From Octopus bimaculoides (Eukaryota), in the NCBI RefSeq assembly GCF_001194135.2, contig NC_068990.1, forward strand, positions 75,849,329-75,905,527: a stretch of 56,199 bases of DNA, read 5' to 3'. This document shows positions 11,490-25,200 of the stretch, one piece after another. The notes below the pieces were generated by a model. That model was not told the origin of the DNA and did not search any database. It saw only the letters and a list, made by a program, of their open reading frames with translations. Numbering within the stretch: position 1 is the stretch's first letter; every line of letters starts with the position of its first letter. Both the position numbers and the translations under genes were made by a program.

Positions 11490-13400
11490 TAAAAGTTCTA
11501 CGATTCTTAATGAATCCAAATTTACAAATCTGATATTAAACTGTTAAGTACTTTTTCAAATATTTCTACTTAAAGTCGCGAGAATGAAGACTTCAATTCA
11601 ATATTTCTGTTCCGTTTCTTAAATCTAGGTGCGTTTTCGTTTGTGTCATAACAGTTCTCTGCTGTGTCCAAAATGTTTTCAATCTCTTTTCTATTCATCT
11701 TTTCCCAACTTGAAGGGAAAATTGTTCGTTTTTAGACACTACTCCACATCATAAATTGTGGCTTGTTTTATATAGTTTATTTGAAATTGAAAAAAAAAAA
11801 ATATTCAAAATCTTTTAAACTTATGACGACGTAATTAAATTTCAGGGTCATTACTCTAATGATATTAATTATCCACCAAAACATAGAAGTGATATCTTCA
11901 GTTTCTTCTATATATTTTCAGTATCTTTTCTAGGTACGGTTTCCATATCCATCACTAGAATTATTTGGTTCTAGCCCTGTAAAAAGATATCTGATGAGAT
12001 CTGTTAAAAAATTAAGAAAATCAGAAAAACTGGGGTTTTAATAAAATTATTATTAGGGGTATCATCGTTTCTTGTAGCATAAAGAAAGGTTTTTTCAAAA
12101 CCGTGAATTAAAGCCGCTTTCCGCAGTTAACAGTAGAAAGGTCTTGATTAGAGACATCGGATTTCTGTGTTCAAAGGTTTAACAGAGAAAATTAATAAAA
12201 TTAATAAGCTTTGACAAAAATCCACTTGCACAGTTATTCTCGATCCCACTCAAATTCAAAATTTCTTGTTTTTCAATATATCAATAAAAAATTCCTAACA
12301 TTCACGTGCAGTTTCAGCTAGTCTTTAAGCATAATTCCGAGTGCCTGATACTTTCGGAAGATTTTAGTCGGTCATTTCTTTTATTGTTTAAAAGGTACGT
12401 TCTTTTTCTTTTTTTTATATAATTCCTGAAAGAAAGGAAGTCATGAATGATGCATTGGCACCGCTTCAGATAAACCACGATTTAGATACTAGGTAAAACA
12501 CTATATCAATTAAGCAGTTAGTTCGATTTCTTTCCCTTAACTCTTGACAGCGTGCCTAAAACATCCCAGTCATGACTGTAGTACCACCTACAATTTTAGC
12601 AAGTAATTTGCTTTCCCATTCATATTGAATAACAAATGTGTAAAGCGCATCTGATGTTTTATCAAGAGAGACGTTCCCAAACCTTAAGAACAATTCATAT
12701 ACCTTGTTACCTTGTTATCCAATGAATAAAGGAACACATATGACAACTGACATAAATTGGTAATGTCAGGGATTTCATTACAAACATTAAATTTGCATGT
12801 TGGGCCCCTTTTTTTTCAATTTCCTCACGTATAGCATATGACACAGAATCGCTAAGGTCGTTTCGTATTAAATTTGACAGTCCCACAAAAGTTGTTGTAT
12901 TGTCGGGAAAATCTCTCAGCTACTCATTATATTTGCATAGCGTATCAATAAATTTGACATAATTACCTCATTTTGATGAATTAGAAGTTTCATCATTATC
13001 ATAGCCATTAAATGTTTGCTATTCTTTGACTGAATCAATTTTGTTTCATGAATTCTCTGCTTCTTTTCACAAGTTGGTTACGTTGTTTTCCAATAGCTTT
13101 CTTTTGTTCGCTCGACATATTCTCAATCCTTACTTTACCGAAAGTTCTTTTGCAGATTATAATTAACCTGCAATGAGTTTCTAACAGGAAGTGTTTGTTT
13201 ATTGCTTTTATAGAAATTTCATTAGTCCTTATATCCGTTATAGTATTCGCAGCATTCTTTTTCGCTTAAACATAAAAGACATGCCCAAGAATAAATTCTT
13301 TGAATAATTAACATCTTACAGGATATACATTATCAATATATATTCGATTGCTATGTTTTTTAACACAGTTTTTTAACCTTTTGAATGTGGAAAGTGGATA
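11490..13400 (-). pseudogene. Decayed hAT-superfamily transposase (ZMYM1-like / DUF4371 type), interrupted at about 11820-12185
   Basis: Minus-strand peptides occur in the expected order despite stops and frameshifts: IYSWACLLC (13270-13297, TTF-type zinc finger, cf. LFCWPCLLF); FGKVRIE (13121-13143); TFNGYDNDETSNSSK*GNYVKFIDTLCKYNE...GLSNLIRNDL (from about 13018, cf. AFRGHDES..NRGNF.EL); NEIPDITNLCQLSYV (12735-12780, cf. DETTD.S...QLS.V); NLPKVSGTR (12337-12363, cf. LP....TRW); RL*VEIFEKV...RFVNLDSLRIVELL (11490-11580). Confidence 0.85.
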
Positions 13401-14220
13401 TTTCTACTCAAAATTACCGTTAACTAAGGAAAACCGTTTTATCATACGACACCTTATGCTGTGAGAAGCGGAGACACTCCCAGTTGCAGTTTTTTTATAC
13501 AAGACTATTTTCCAGATTTTCTTAATTTTTTCCATCAAATATCTCTCTGCATAGCAAGAACCAAATACCTTTAATGGTGGATGTGAAAACCGAACCTGCA
13601 GAAGATACTGAAAAAATACTACAGAAGCAGAAAATATCAATTCTGTTACTTTTTGGAGGACAATTAACATCACTTGGGAAATGACCACGAAATTTAATTG
13701 CGCAGTCAATGGGTTAAATGAATGTTAGATGCAAGAATTTTCCTGTCCAGTTCCACTATAAATTTCTTATGCATTAAATCACAAGATTTAAAAGACCTTT
13801 TAGCTATTTATTTTTTTGTTTTAGATCACAAAATATGCACACACATGATGAGCTTCTGAGCTTCTCTCCTCATATGGTTGTGCTAATAATCCAAATATAT
13901 CTATAACAGCCCAAATAAATGAGTGAAATCACATCTATAACATCTGAAGGTCAACAAAAATTCTTAAATTTAATGTTAACACTGATCATAGTCTCCTGGA
14001 GTGATTTATTCTCTTCGAAACAATATCTAATATACTACAACAAATTACACGGTTATTAATTTAATAAATTTAGAGCAGCGCAATTTTTTTAATGATACAA
14101 TAAATTAAATTTATTGTAGTTTTCAAAAATGTAAATCTCAATATTCAATGATAATGAGAAGCAGTGGAAGAGAAAATGCATACAAATATACGTTTGGTCT
14201 TAATAATCAGGTTATAATAA

Positions 14221-14438
14221 TGCGGCGAACTGGCACAACAGTTAGCACGCCGGGCGAAATGCTTAGCGGTATTTCGTCTGTCTTTACGTTCTGAGTTCAA
14301 ATTCCTCCGAGGTCGACTTTGTCTTTTATCTTTTCGAGGTCGATAAATTAAGTATTAGTTGCGTACTGGGGTCGATGTAATCGACTAGACCATCCCCGCA
14401 AAATTTCGAACCTTGTTCCTAGAGTAGAAATGAATAAT
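14221..14438 (+). mobile_element. Full-length tRNA-derived SINE, family A (octopus OK-like head, Meta/MESC-like core)
   Basis: gcggcgaactggca head, box-B-like gagttcaaattcc, ggtcgactttg..ttt.atc.tttcgaggtcgataaattaagta core, and ccttgttcctagagtagaaa tail. Confidence 0.9.
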
Positions 14439-15199
14439 CTGGTTGTAATAAACTTTTGCTGCCAGTAGTAGTTGTAGTAAACACGTCATGTCGATAACAG
14501 ATGTTATCTCGGGACAAATACTGCAGCAACTGACGTATGTACGGTGTATTTACATTAACTTTGATACAGAGATGGCTATTTTAATTTACTACAGCCTCAC
14601 TTGCGTAAATCGCATTTTTATTCAGCCTACTGATTATTTGCAATATATATGCATATATTTTATGTATATTTATTTATAGATATATGTATAATTTATTCAC
14701 TGCTTCCCAAATCAGAGGAAACAAATTCTAGTCCAAGCATGTCGCAGGCTTCGAGTAGACGTCATCGAAAAAGCCCAAAAGAGCTGCAGTATCTCTAGCG
14801 TTGTTGCTGGCTGCAGCTGGAGAAATTTTTCTTCTCATTCTGATATTTATTGTGTTTTTCACACAGTACGTCCATAACAGATGAAATCAATCTCAGGATG
14901 AATAGCACTGTTATAGACCAATCAATGATATCTATATATATCTTTATATATATATAAAACATAATTCGAGGATAAAATCATTAAAATGAATGAATTTTAT
15001 CAATGGCCAGCATATAAAAACGTTTTAGGTAAAATACATTCAGAGAGGTATATAACTGTATAGGATACAGTTATACATAAGGGCACAACAAGCTATTGTG
15101 CTCATATGCTGAAAGAACGCTCCGAATACATGTTCACTCCGGAATTAAAAACACAGGTTGCAAGCGGGAAGGTCTCTTCTCTTTAACACTTTAAATTCT

Positions 15200-15451
15200 T
15201 TGTCATTTGAGAAGCACCGCCTTAAAGGGTTTTAGTCGAAGACATAGACACCAGGACTTGTTCTTTGTAAGCTTAGCACCTATTCTATCGTTCTCTTTAC
15301 CGAGCCACCATGTTACAGGGACGTAAACACATCATCATCGGTTGTCAAACAATGGTGGCGGACAAACACATATACACACATACATACGTACGTACATATG
15401 TATATATATATATATATATACACACATATATATATGTATATATATATATAT
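15200..15451 (-). mobile_element. 3' half of a family B SINE, cut by an assembly gap
   Basis: Matches 8090-8290 (gcaccgcctt, ttagtcga, ttctttgtaagc, gggacgtaaacac, atcggttgtcaa). Confidence 0.85.
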
Positions 15452-16300
15452 NNNNNNNNNNNNNNNNNNNNNNNNNNNNNNNNNNNNNNNNNNNNNNNNN
15501 NNNNNNNNNNNNNNNNNNNNNNNNNNNNNNNNNNNNNNNNNNNNNNNNNNNNNNNNNNNNNNNNNNNNNNNNNNNNNNNNNNNNNNNNNNNNNNNNNNNN
15601 NNNNNNNNNNNNNNNNNNNNNNNNNNNNNNNNNNNNNNNNNNNNNNNNNNNNNNNNNNNNNNNNNNNNNNNNNNNNNNNNNNNNNNNNNNNNNNNNNNNN
15701 NNNNNNNNNNNNNNNNNNNNNNNNNNNNNNNNNNNNNNNNNNNNNNNNNNNNNNNNNNNNNNNNNNNNNNNNNNNNNNNNNNNNNNNNNNNNNNNNNNNN
15801 NNNNNNNNNNNNNNNNNNNNNNNNNNNNNNNNNNNNNNNNNNNNNNNNNNNNNNNNNNNNNNNNNNNNNNNNNNNNNNNNNNNNNNNNNNNNNNNNNNNN
15901 NNNNNNNNNNNNNNNNNNNNNNNNNNNNNNNNNNNNNNNNNNNNNNNNNNNNNNNNNNNNNNNNNNNNNNNNNNNNNNNNNNNNNNNNNNNNNNNNNNNN
16001 NNNNNNNNNNNNNNNNNNNNNNNNNNNNNNNNNNNNNNNNNNNNNNNNNNNNNNNNNNNNNNNNNNNNNNNNNNNNNNNNNNNNNNNNNNNNNNNNNNNN
16101 NNNNNTAAACAGATAAAAAAAATAAAATCTAAAGATATGGATAGTTATGTATAACCATTTCTGCTAATTTCTATGCATATGTATATAAAGATAATAATAA
16201 ATCATTACATATGTATATAAATTTATCTCTATGGCTGCACATTGATGAATATATATACATATTTGTATGTAAGTGCGTGGGTATGTTGGTATGTGACTGC

Positions 16301-16346
<46 letters not shown>

Positions 16347-16374
16347 AATGTATATGTAATTCTCGTATAAATAC

Positions 16375-16455
16375 AGACGCACATGCATACACACAAACTG
16401 AGACGCACACACATGCATACACACAAACTGAGACGCACACACATGCATACAAACA
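16375..16455. repeat. 30-bp minisatellite, about 2.5 copies
   Basis: Unit gagacgcacacacatgcatacacacaaact repeated in tandem. Confidence 0.85.
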
Positions 16456-16578
16456 CACATGTATGTACGTATGCATGTATGGGTAGTCATACAAATATAC
16501 TTATGAAGCCGTCACTTATTAATATGAATGCATAAAGAAAATTTATTTATGGCCATGCGCCAACTCAGTTGATTGTGT

Positions 16579-16619
<41 letters not shown>

Positions 16620-17888
16620 TATGTGCGTGCGTGTGAGAGAGAGAGAGCTTATATGTATACAGTAAACCTATCGTTCCGTTTTCATTGTCTGATTTTTCTT
16701 AACAAATTCCTCAGCTAATTGCATATTTAAGTTAATATAGACACAATGGAGTCGCTAAGCCTGGAAAATACAAACATACACATACGCACACACACTCCCA
16801 CACACACATTCACATCCAAATACACAAACTTTCATATGCATATATGTTGTTCGTATGTATGTATGTATGTATGTACCTTTGTATGTATGTACATTTGTAT
16901 GTATATATGTATGTACACGTATGTATGTGTGTGTGTCTATGGGATTTGATTCAATCAGGAATCCTAACCACAACATCATTTTCATTACATTGGGATGGAG
17001 GACTGCCACCGGTGATACTTCATCTGGCAGTTAAGGGAATGATTACAAGAAATAGGCTCTAGATATACGAATGATGAAATAAGCTGTCCTTATTTCTATA
17101 AGCTGACAAAGTTCATAACGCCCTTTCGTCAGATATGGTACCTGACAGCCAGATGACGTTTGGTTAAAGATGAAACCATGTCAATATCGTGCTGTACGTT
17201 TAACCTCCGCGAAGCAATATACGCCTACGAAGGTGATAATTGCACAACAGTGAGTAGAGAGACCTCTATGCGGTCCAATGTCAACATCACTTAATCTTAG
17301 AAATTCATTACGGAGGTGTATTGACCAGGCAAACGATTTGGGTCTGAAACCGTATGTTGCAAATAAAACGATTGCAGTGTGGAGAATACATGTTAACCAA
17401 TCTAAAACACACAGTGTTTACTAACTTCATTTAAAAATTTATTGTCTGTTATTTGATATCAAAAACTTTTTTCACTCGAAACTGCGACCTGGTTACTGAC
17501 AACATTACAGTGCATTTTAACTTTACACTGAGTATTATTAAAAATGATCATAGATCAGCGACCATCTATCTTACAAATCAAGATTTATGTTACAAAAAAA
17601 TAAAAAGATTTACATCTTGATTCTCCCGACGTTCTATAACTACGCCAGTCGTTTTGCTATGGCGGACAGCGCTCAAAAATGAGGTTCAAGTTAAACAGCC
17701 TAATACAAATGCACAGTCATAATCTTAACAGTTAATGTGCACATTCCAAATTCTACTAATCATTTATCTGAATATGTGGTACCATCAACCAATTTAAATA
17801 TATATGTACATATTTGTACATCTGTGTGTCTGTGCATGTGTGTCTGTGTATATACATACATACAGACAGACAGACAAGCAGACAGGTT

Positions 17889-17942
<54 letters not shown>

Positions 17943-18689
17943 CGTGTGCGTAATCTGCGTATACATGTGTGTATATTTATGTGAGTATGTAATTGTTTGA
18001 CCTTTGAATATGTATCATATACATTCATCAGCAGAGCATCATTATTGTCATGATGCGTTAGACCGGCAAAGCTTGGGTGTTTTTATCTGGTTCAGTACTG
18101 AAAAACTCAGCAAACTCAGCATAGTCTTCAAAGAGTGCAAAGACAATTTTCCTTAGAATCACGACCACAATCCTTGCGCTGAAGCTACAACTCAACCAAA
18201 TTGAGTTATGAATCGATCATGAATTTCCATAAGGAACTATTATCTTTTGTTCGACACACACCCGAAAACACTCTGTCTCAATTATTGTAAGAAACATCAA
18301 CTCGTAAATAATCGAAGATAGCTGCAACAAATTCGTCTTCCGTCATTCAATTAATCGAAGAGGTCAGCACACGCAAGTTTTCATCCCCGAAAATAGCCTG
18401 CTTTACCTAAATTTCAAATTTGGAAGAAGTTAGGTAAACAACGGGTACACATTTATACTAAATCATATTAAAGCTCAATTTAATTACTACTTGTTCAGAA
18501 TTACCAAAGCACGAGCAGCAGAATGATACTGAGTTTGAAGTAAGAACTGACAAGTGAACCTAGTGTTATAAACACAGCACATATTGCTTTTACATGAGCC
18601 AATGCTTGATGATAGCTACTCCCATATCGACTGCTTGAGCTCCCTCATAGATTACAAGGTTAGTAACATAGGCTTCTCATTTGGTTCTT

Positions 18690-19155
18690 ATAATTAATCG
18701 AAGCTGTTGCTGCCAAATGCCCTGAAATTCTTTGATGTCTGGAATGTAAAGGATATATATTCCAAAAGTAAGACTGAAACTAATACAGTTTGATACAATT
18801 TGAGTTTCTTCACTTTTTTAAGATTTTGTTTCAGAAGACGAGAAAAGAGAAGTTTACGAAAACAAAGTAGCCAACACGAATCCAGTTTTCCACATTCTTC
18901 TGGAAAATTCCACGTTGAGTAGAATCTTCTAAGGTAAGAGAAATGATCTGTTCGTTTCAAAAGACCGTTCGAATTGGCGATGGTGAACTCTGAAAAGGTT
19001 GTATTTTGATTGAGTTGGACGACGAGTTTGGTATTCTGCATGGTGACTATGAAAACAATGCGATCAGATGCAATTAACTGGCAAAGCATTGATGTCTAAA
19101 TAATGCACATTGGTAATGCAGGTGAAACTGGGCAGTCCTTTATGAGCGGAGTTTG
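18690..19155 (-). mobile_element. RTE-clade LINE relic, C-terminal part of the RT
   Basis: ORF 18694-19089 contains LKRTDHFSYL (cf. L..VD.F.YLG) and KLKLYQTVLVSVLL (cf. TKLK.Y.A.VL..LLYG); a degenerate ADDCAL-like motif lies just upstream. Confidence 0.75.
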
Positions 19156-19169
19156 GACAAGATGAAATT

Positions 19170-19368
19170 ATCTTAATCTATGCGATGTCTAATCAACACA
19201 CCTTCAGAAAAGTGTGTGAGTATAGGTTCAGGTACAGAAAGAAAGGTGTTGAAGCAAATACAAATATGAGGAAATAATACAGAACAACAAAGATCTCTTT
19301 TCCTGGTGTTCTACGACCTAGAAAAGGCCTACGATTTGATGCCAAGAACTGCCATGTAGATGGTTCTA
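19170..19368 (+). mobile_element. Non-LTR RT fragment (DLEKAYD motif), probably RTE
   Basis: 19282-19368 reads EQQRSLFLVFYDLEKAYDLMPRTAM*MVL (cf. FVDLEKAYD.VPR..LW..L), preceded by EYRFR (cf. QYGFR). Confidence 0.75.
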
Positions 19369-19621
19369 GAAAGTTTTAGCAGCCCTCATCGAATTGTAAC
19401 ACGCGTTCAAGCGCTCATTAATGGCATGGTTCGACAGGTATGTCATCAAAACAGCCACATTTATATATGCAATATATAATATATAATTATACGTCTGTGT
19501 TTGTTCATTCTGATGTGCGTATGCATGCAATGGTGCGTGCATATGCGTGGTTGCGTGTGTAGCATCTCTACGGGTGTCTGATTTTTCATCTATTCGTAGT
19601 TCATCGCACAGACAATATACA

Positions 19622-19659
<38 letters not shown>

Positions 19660-19725
19660 ATGTATATATATATATACACAAACACACATACACAGATACA
19701 CACAGTGATATATACACACATACAA

Positions 19726-19769
<44 letters not shown>

Positions 19770-19906
19770 NNNNNNNNNNNNNNNNNNNNNNNNNNNNNNN
19801 NNNNNNNNNNNNNNNNNNNNNNNNNNNNNNNNNNNNNNNNNNNNNNNNNNNNNNNNNNNNNNNNNNNNNNNNNNNNNNNNNNNNNNNNNNNNNNNNNNNN
19901 NNNNNN

Positions 19907-19955
<49 letters not shown>

Positions 19956-20994
19956 TTACAAATATTGTACATATATATACATATACATACTCACAAACAC
20001 ACCCACACACACATATAACTTTTAACCTTTCGTTTATGAATTTATATGTATATAAATACTAGAAATATGTGTGTTTAAGTGTGAGCGTGTCTGATTGAGA
20101 GGTAAAATTTACTCGTCCTGCTATTATTTCTATTCATTTGTGTATAGATTCGCGCCGGTGTACGTGTCTGTCATATTTGTCTACATATCTGTATGTATAT
20201 ATGTATACGTGTGAGCATATACGTGTCTGCATTTGTGTATAATTGTGTGTGGTTTATTTATGTGTTTCGTAGTACTGTCACCTCTGTATGACTACCAAGT
20301 GTGAATTGGTGTTTACGTGTGCGCATCAAAGCTGAGAGATAGTGTCAATATGGCGGAAAAAAACACTTGGAGGCCTGGTGGAATCCAGAGAGGTATGCGC
20401 ATGGATGAGCATGTTGATTATATGTATCCGAGTATTAAGTCTTGTTTTTGGTGTTGTTGGTTGCTTTTGCAGTTGTTGCTTATACTGTTGAATAAATAAA
20501 TATGAGGACAGCCGTCTACCTATGCGCAGTTATAAACACACTCAAGTCTATCATATATAAATATACATATAAATATATGTATATATATATATATATATAT
20601 ACATATATATATACATACATATACATATGTATATATATATTTATACATACATACATCTATACACGAATTAATACACAGATATGCAAGCTTAGCCATATGT
20701 GTGTGTGTATGNNNNNNNNNNGTTATAAACACACTCAAGTCTATCATATATAAATATACATATAAATATATGTATATATATATATATGTGTGTGTGTGTG
20801 TTTATGGCACATATACATGTGTATGTGCGTGCACGTGTGTGTGTGTGTGTAAACATACTTATTCGAAGAAGCAGCAAATGTGTGTGATGAGATGAAGAAA
20901 CAGATGGAGAGGTTATATGTGTTTGTGTATTCGGATATTTATATGCGCACACATGTATATAAACACATAAACAAATAAGTGTTGATGTGCACAC

Positions 20995-21042
<48 letters not shown>

Positions 21043-21130
21043 CGTATATTTATATATATATACATATATATATATATCATATATCATATATATCGTGTGT
21101 GTGTGAGTGTGCGTGTGTGTGTGTGTATAT

Positions 21131-21217
<87 letters not shown>

Positions 21218-22004
21218 TGTAGCTATATATCTCTGTATGTATATGCCCTCGAGGAGCAAAATTTGCAACATCAACAGTTCGAAGCTCTTCACTAATACAT
21301 TTGTAAAATATATTTGCTTCCTTTTCTATTTTACCACCATTTTTTTCGACATTTTATAATCTTTATTTTTTTATTATTTTATTTTTTTCTTAATGTTGCC
21401 ACCGATTTACAGAAAGACAGACAGACTGAAAGACGGACAAGAGAAAGAAGAATGAACTCCTAATACGTTTTTTTGTACTTTATTTATCGATCCCGGCAGA
21501 ATGAAGAGCAACATGAACACAACGCACCTAGGAAGTGAAGCAAAGACCTCCCGATCATAACACTCTAACCACTACGCCATGCTTTCTCACTATATACTAC
21601 ATGTATATTGCATTTATAATTCGAATATAATGCAAACACATTTTGCAGCCCGTGAGTCAATAAAATTGAAATAAAATTGTTTAATTTATTCTTTCTGTAC
21701 AGCTCGATACCAAATGATTCATGACCCGGTACTGATCCACAGCATGGTGGTTGGAGATATCCAGCCCAAAGAATGTACTATCAGAATTCGCCCGTGAGAT
21801 GCGGTTATTTGAATCAACCACAATTCTCAACTGGCTACTTTATTTGCAGTTGACCTATTAAAATCATATCGGCTTGATTGGATTTGAACTCAGAACTTTA
21901 AGATTCATAACTAAATGCTGGAAGGCATTTTGTCCGTGGCTATACCTTGTGGTATTAAATTACACGCTTATACATTTTTTTATCGAAAGCGATTTTGCCT
22001 TTTA

Positions 22005-22326
22005 TCCATACTATATCGAAGTTTCTGAACCGCTAACTTGCGGGGACGTAAATAGACCAACACCGATTGTCAAGCGGTGGTGGGGGGACAAATATATACA
22101 CAAAAATATACACATACATGCGCAGGCGCGCGCACAAACAAACACGTATGTATATACGTATATACATACGACGGGGTTCTTTCAGCTTCCGCCTATCAGA
22201 TCCACACACAACGCTTTGACCGGCCCGGGGCTATATGAGAAGGTACTAGATGCCACTCAGTGGAACTGAACCAGGAACCATGTAGTTGGGAGGCAAACTT
22301 CATACCATACAACGAAGCCTGCCCCT
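22005..22326 (-). mobile_element. Diverged family B SINE
   Basis: gaaccgctaac, ggggacgtaaa, ttgtcaagcg, ttctttcagcttccg, gccactcagtggaactgaacc and ggaaccatgt blocks are collinear with 8047-8460. Confidence 0.85.
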
Positions 22327-22500
22327 ACGTATATTATCGCCACGAACACAACTAACACAACGATTGACACTCGCTAAATGATGTCGGAAAGTAAATTCAG
22401 GTGTTGCATGACCTAGAGGTCAAGGCACACAACTAAATATTGTATGGTATTAATTTTGCTTTCCAACTCAGTCCCGTTGTGTATAATATTAACCTGTTAA

Positions 22501-22863
22501 TGTGGAGGTGCAATGGCCTAGTGGTTAGGGCAGCGGACTCGCGGTCGTGGGATCGCGGTTTCGATTCCCAGACAGGGCATTGTGAGTGTTTATTGAGCGA
22601 AAACACCAGCAGGAGTAATAGCGAACCTGCTGTACTCTTTCACCACAACTTTCTTTCACTCTTTCTTCCTCATTCTGTTTATACTTGTATTTAAAAGGGC
22701 CAGCCTTATTACACATTGTGTCACGCTGAATCTCTCCGAGAACTGCGTTAAGGGTACACGTGTCTGTGGAGTGCTCAGCCACTTACATGTTAATTTCACG
22801 AGCAAGCTGTTCCGTTGATCGGATCAGCTGGAACCCTCGTCATCGTAACCGACGGAGTGCCAC
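22501..22863 (+). mobile_element. tRNA-derived SINE, family C, near full length
   Basis: Box A tggcctagtgg (22514-22524) and box B ggtttcgattccc (22557-22569). Body gtcacgctgaatctc...gtgctcagccactt...ttaatttcacgag...cgtaaccgacggagtgcc is shared with the copies at 36900 and 45256. Confidence 0.9.
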
Positions 22864-23944
22864 GAACCTGTTAGTATTAAATCAACGGGTAGGCATCCAC
22901 CTAATCATCGACTCTACTAGACATACCAATTAAAAAAGGAGATTAGTACATTATGTCCAAAAAACAAATGTCACGATGCTTTTGATAGGCCTGTCACGTT
23001 GTTAAACAAACTCAATTGCTGCGTGATTTGAACCCGGACGAAAAATGAACGTGACTAAATGCATTAAAGATCTTATTTCATTGCTCAACCGACTCAGTTA
23101 ACCCACTTCTCTGTGACGCTTCAACGTAGTAAATTTTTTCTTCGAGAAATATCAGCTCCATATTTCCCTCCAGTCACCGCTCAAACTACCTGAAAATGGA
23201 GAGGAGCACATTGGGATAAGACAGTCCTAAACACTATAAGTGTAGGTGAAGAAACGGAGTGCTAAACAATAAGAACTACAATATCTTATTAATGCGGATT
23301 TGGAAAACAGTTGATGTGACACGAACAATAAGAAATAGAACTGGATACTTTATGCTATAGACTTTTGCGTCAAACATTTCTTTGATCAATATCTCTGATG
23401 TTCTATCAAAGATCAATACGGTGTTGTGAAACTGATCGGCTACGTCTTCTTGCCTTAATGTGGCTTTGTCAACAATATTTACATGGATGGAATAAGCGTT
23501 TCAAAACTAATCAGATCTGCAGATACATTTGAATTCATAAAGAAAATAGATTGCGGAAGCATTGTCCAAAGTAAGCCATGTGTAAAAAGATATCGAAAGT
23601 GGTTAAAGAGTAAATGGATGTTTCAAATTCTTCCATAGGAGATATCGACCTCTTTCTAAGTACATTTGATTGTAGAAACTACATCTCTATTGATTTTTCA
23701 AAACTGAATGATTTTTAAAAAAATAGATAATTCTCTTATAAGTTACATTCGACACACATCAACGCATGCGCGCATACACACACACACACACACACATACA
23801 CGTACACTTTATATGTGTATGTATGTGCGTGTGTGCCTGTGTATGTGCGTGTGTGCATGTATGTGTGCGTGCCTGTGTGTATATGTGTGTGTCCGTGTGC
23901 ATTTGTGCACGTGTGTGCGTGTGTATGTGTGTGTGTGGGTGTGG

Positions 23945-23982
<38 letters not shown>

Positions 23983-24781
23983 ACGTGTGTGTGTGTGTGT
24001 ATGTCCACCATTGAAGTGGAAGAGTAGCTAGAGCGCTGAATAAAATACATTAGATACATGGCGGCATTTATTGCGGTTCTTGTGCTTTGAGTTCGATCCC
24101 CTGCAATGCTAAGTTTGCCTCTAATCGTTTCGGGGCCAATATAAAAACAAATACCTGTTCAGAGTGAAGAACTGGCTTTATTTTAAAAAATACCATCGTG
24201 CTTCTTTCCTCATCAATTCATATTCTCAAGAACCATTACATTTTGGACATCGCATTAGTTGTATAAAAACAATGTTTCCAAGCAGTAAATGGAGAACCTT
24301 CTTAAGAATTTAATTAATGATCTCCCTATCGTCAATTAATTATCCCCATGTAAAGTCTGAAAACTTTAATGCTTTAGGAATATGGCTAATATTTTTCTCC
24401 CGTTTCAAACCGTATTAGAAATGCAACTTCAATAAATAGTAAAATGTTCGTCGTAAGTGTTGAAATTACAGTCTGTATCCTGAAATTAGTGCTCATAGGT
24501 TACAATTTGCATAAACGCTAAAATCTCGTGACCTGAGGTCACAACGTGGGGAATGCTTGTACTTGTACTTTATTCTACCGATCACAGAAGGATGAAAGAC
24601 ATTTTAAAATATTTGATGATAAAATAGATCGGCAGTCATTTACACTAATAGAAGTAATTGTGAGATTATTGCGGATAGTGAAAGGAAGAGTTTATGTTTG
24701 GTGCTCTGTTAATTCAGCTATTCACAGAAAGTGTGTGTATGTGTGTGTGTCTGCGCGGGTGTGGTATGTGTGTGTGTGTGT

Positions 24782-24812
<31 letters not shown>

Positions 24813-25011
24813 ATGTGGTATGTGTATGTGTCCGTATAGTCGCACATTCATACGCACATACGCACATATATTCCTATATACAAACATGTAGATATGCACA
24901 CATACATATATACATACATACATTCATACATACATATATACATGCATACATACATACATGCATACATGCATACATACATGATAATGTGCAACAATATATA
25001 TACTTACGATC

Positions 25012-25200
25012 TCTGCAAGCTGCCAGTATCGTTAGCACCCACGGTAAAATGCTTAGCGGCATTTCGCCCGTCTTTACGTTCTGAGTTCAAATTCCAACTA
25101 GGTTGACGTTGCTTTTCAATCTTTCGGGGTTCGATAAAATAAGTTCCAGTTGAGTACTGGGGTCCAGGTTATCGACATGCCCTCACCCCCAAAAGTAACA
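25012..25200 (+). mobile_element. Family A SINE
   Basis: cgttagcac, aaatgcttagcggcatttcgcccgtctttacgttctgagttcaaattcc, cgataaaataag, gagtactggggtc. Confidence 0.85.

Noticed and set aside
17145-17190. CAGATGA...GAAACCATGTC as a hammerhead or Penelope tail
   Set aside because: Core mismatch, poor helix II and no helix I complement.
18040-18250. Mariner transposase relic on the minus strand (HHDN motif)
   Set aside because: Only a 4-residue match with many stops; not enough to call.
20529-20790. Direct duplication of about 65 bp (20529 and 20722)
   Set aside because: An identical copy starts exactly after a 10-N gap, which is typical of a contig-overlap assembly artefact.
22501-22575. tRNA gene
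   Set aside because: The A/B boxes belong to a SINE head that continues into a repeat body found in other copies; there is no proper acceptor stem.
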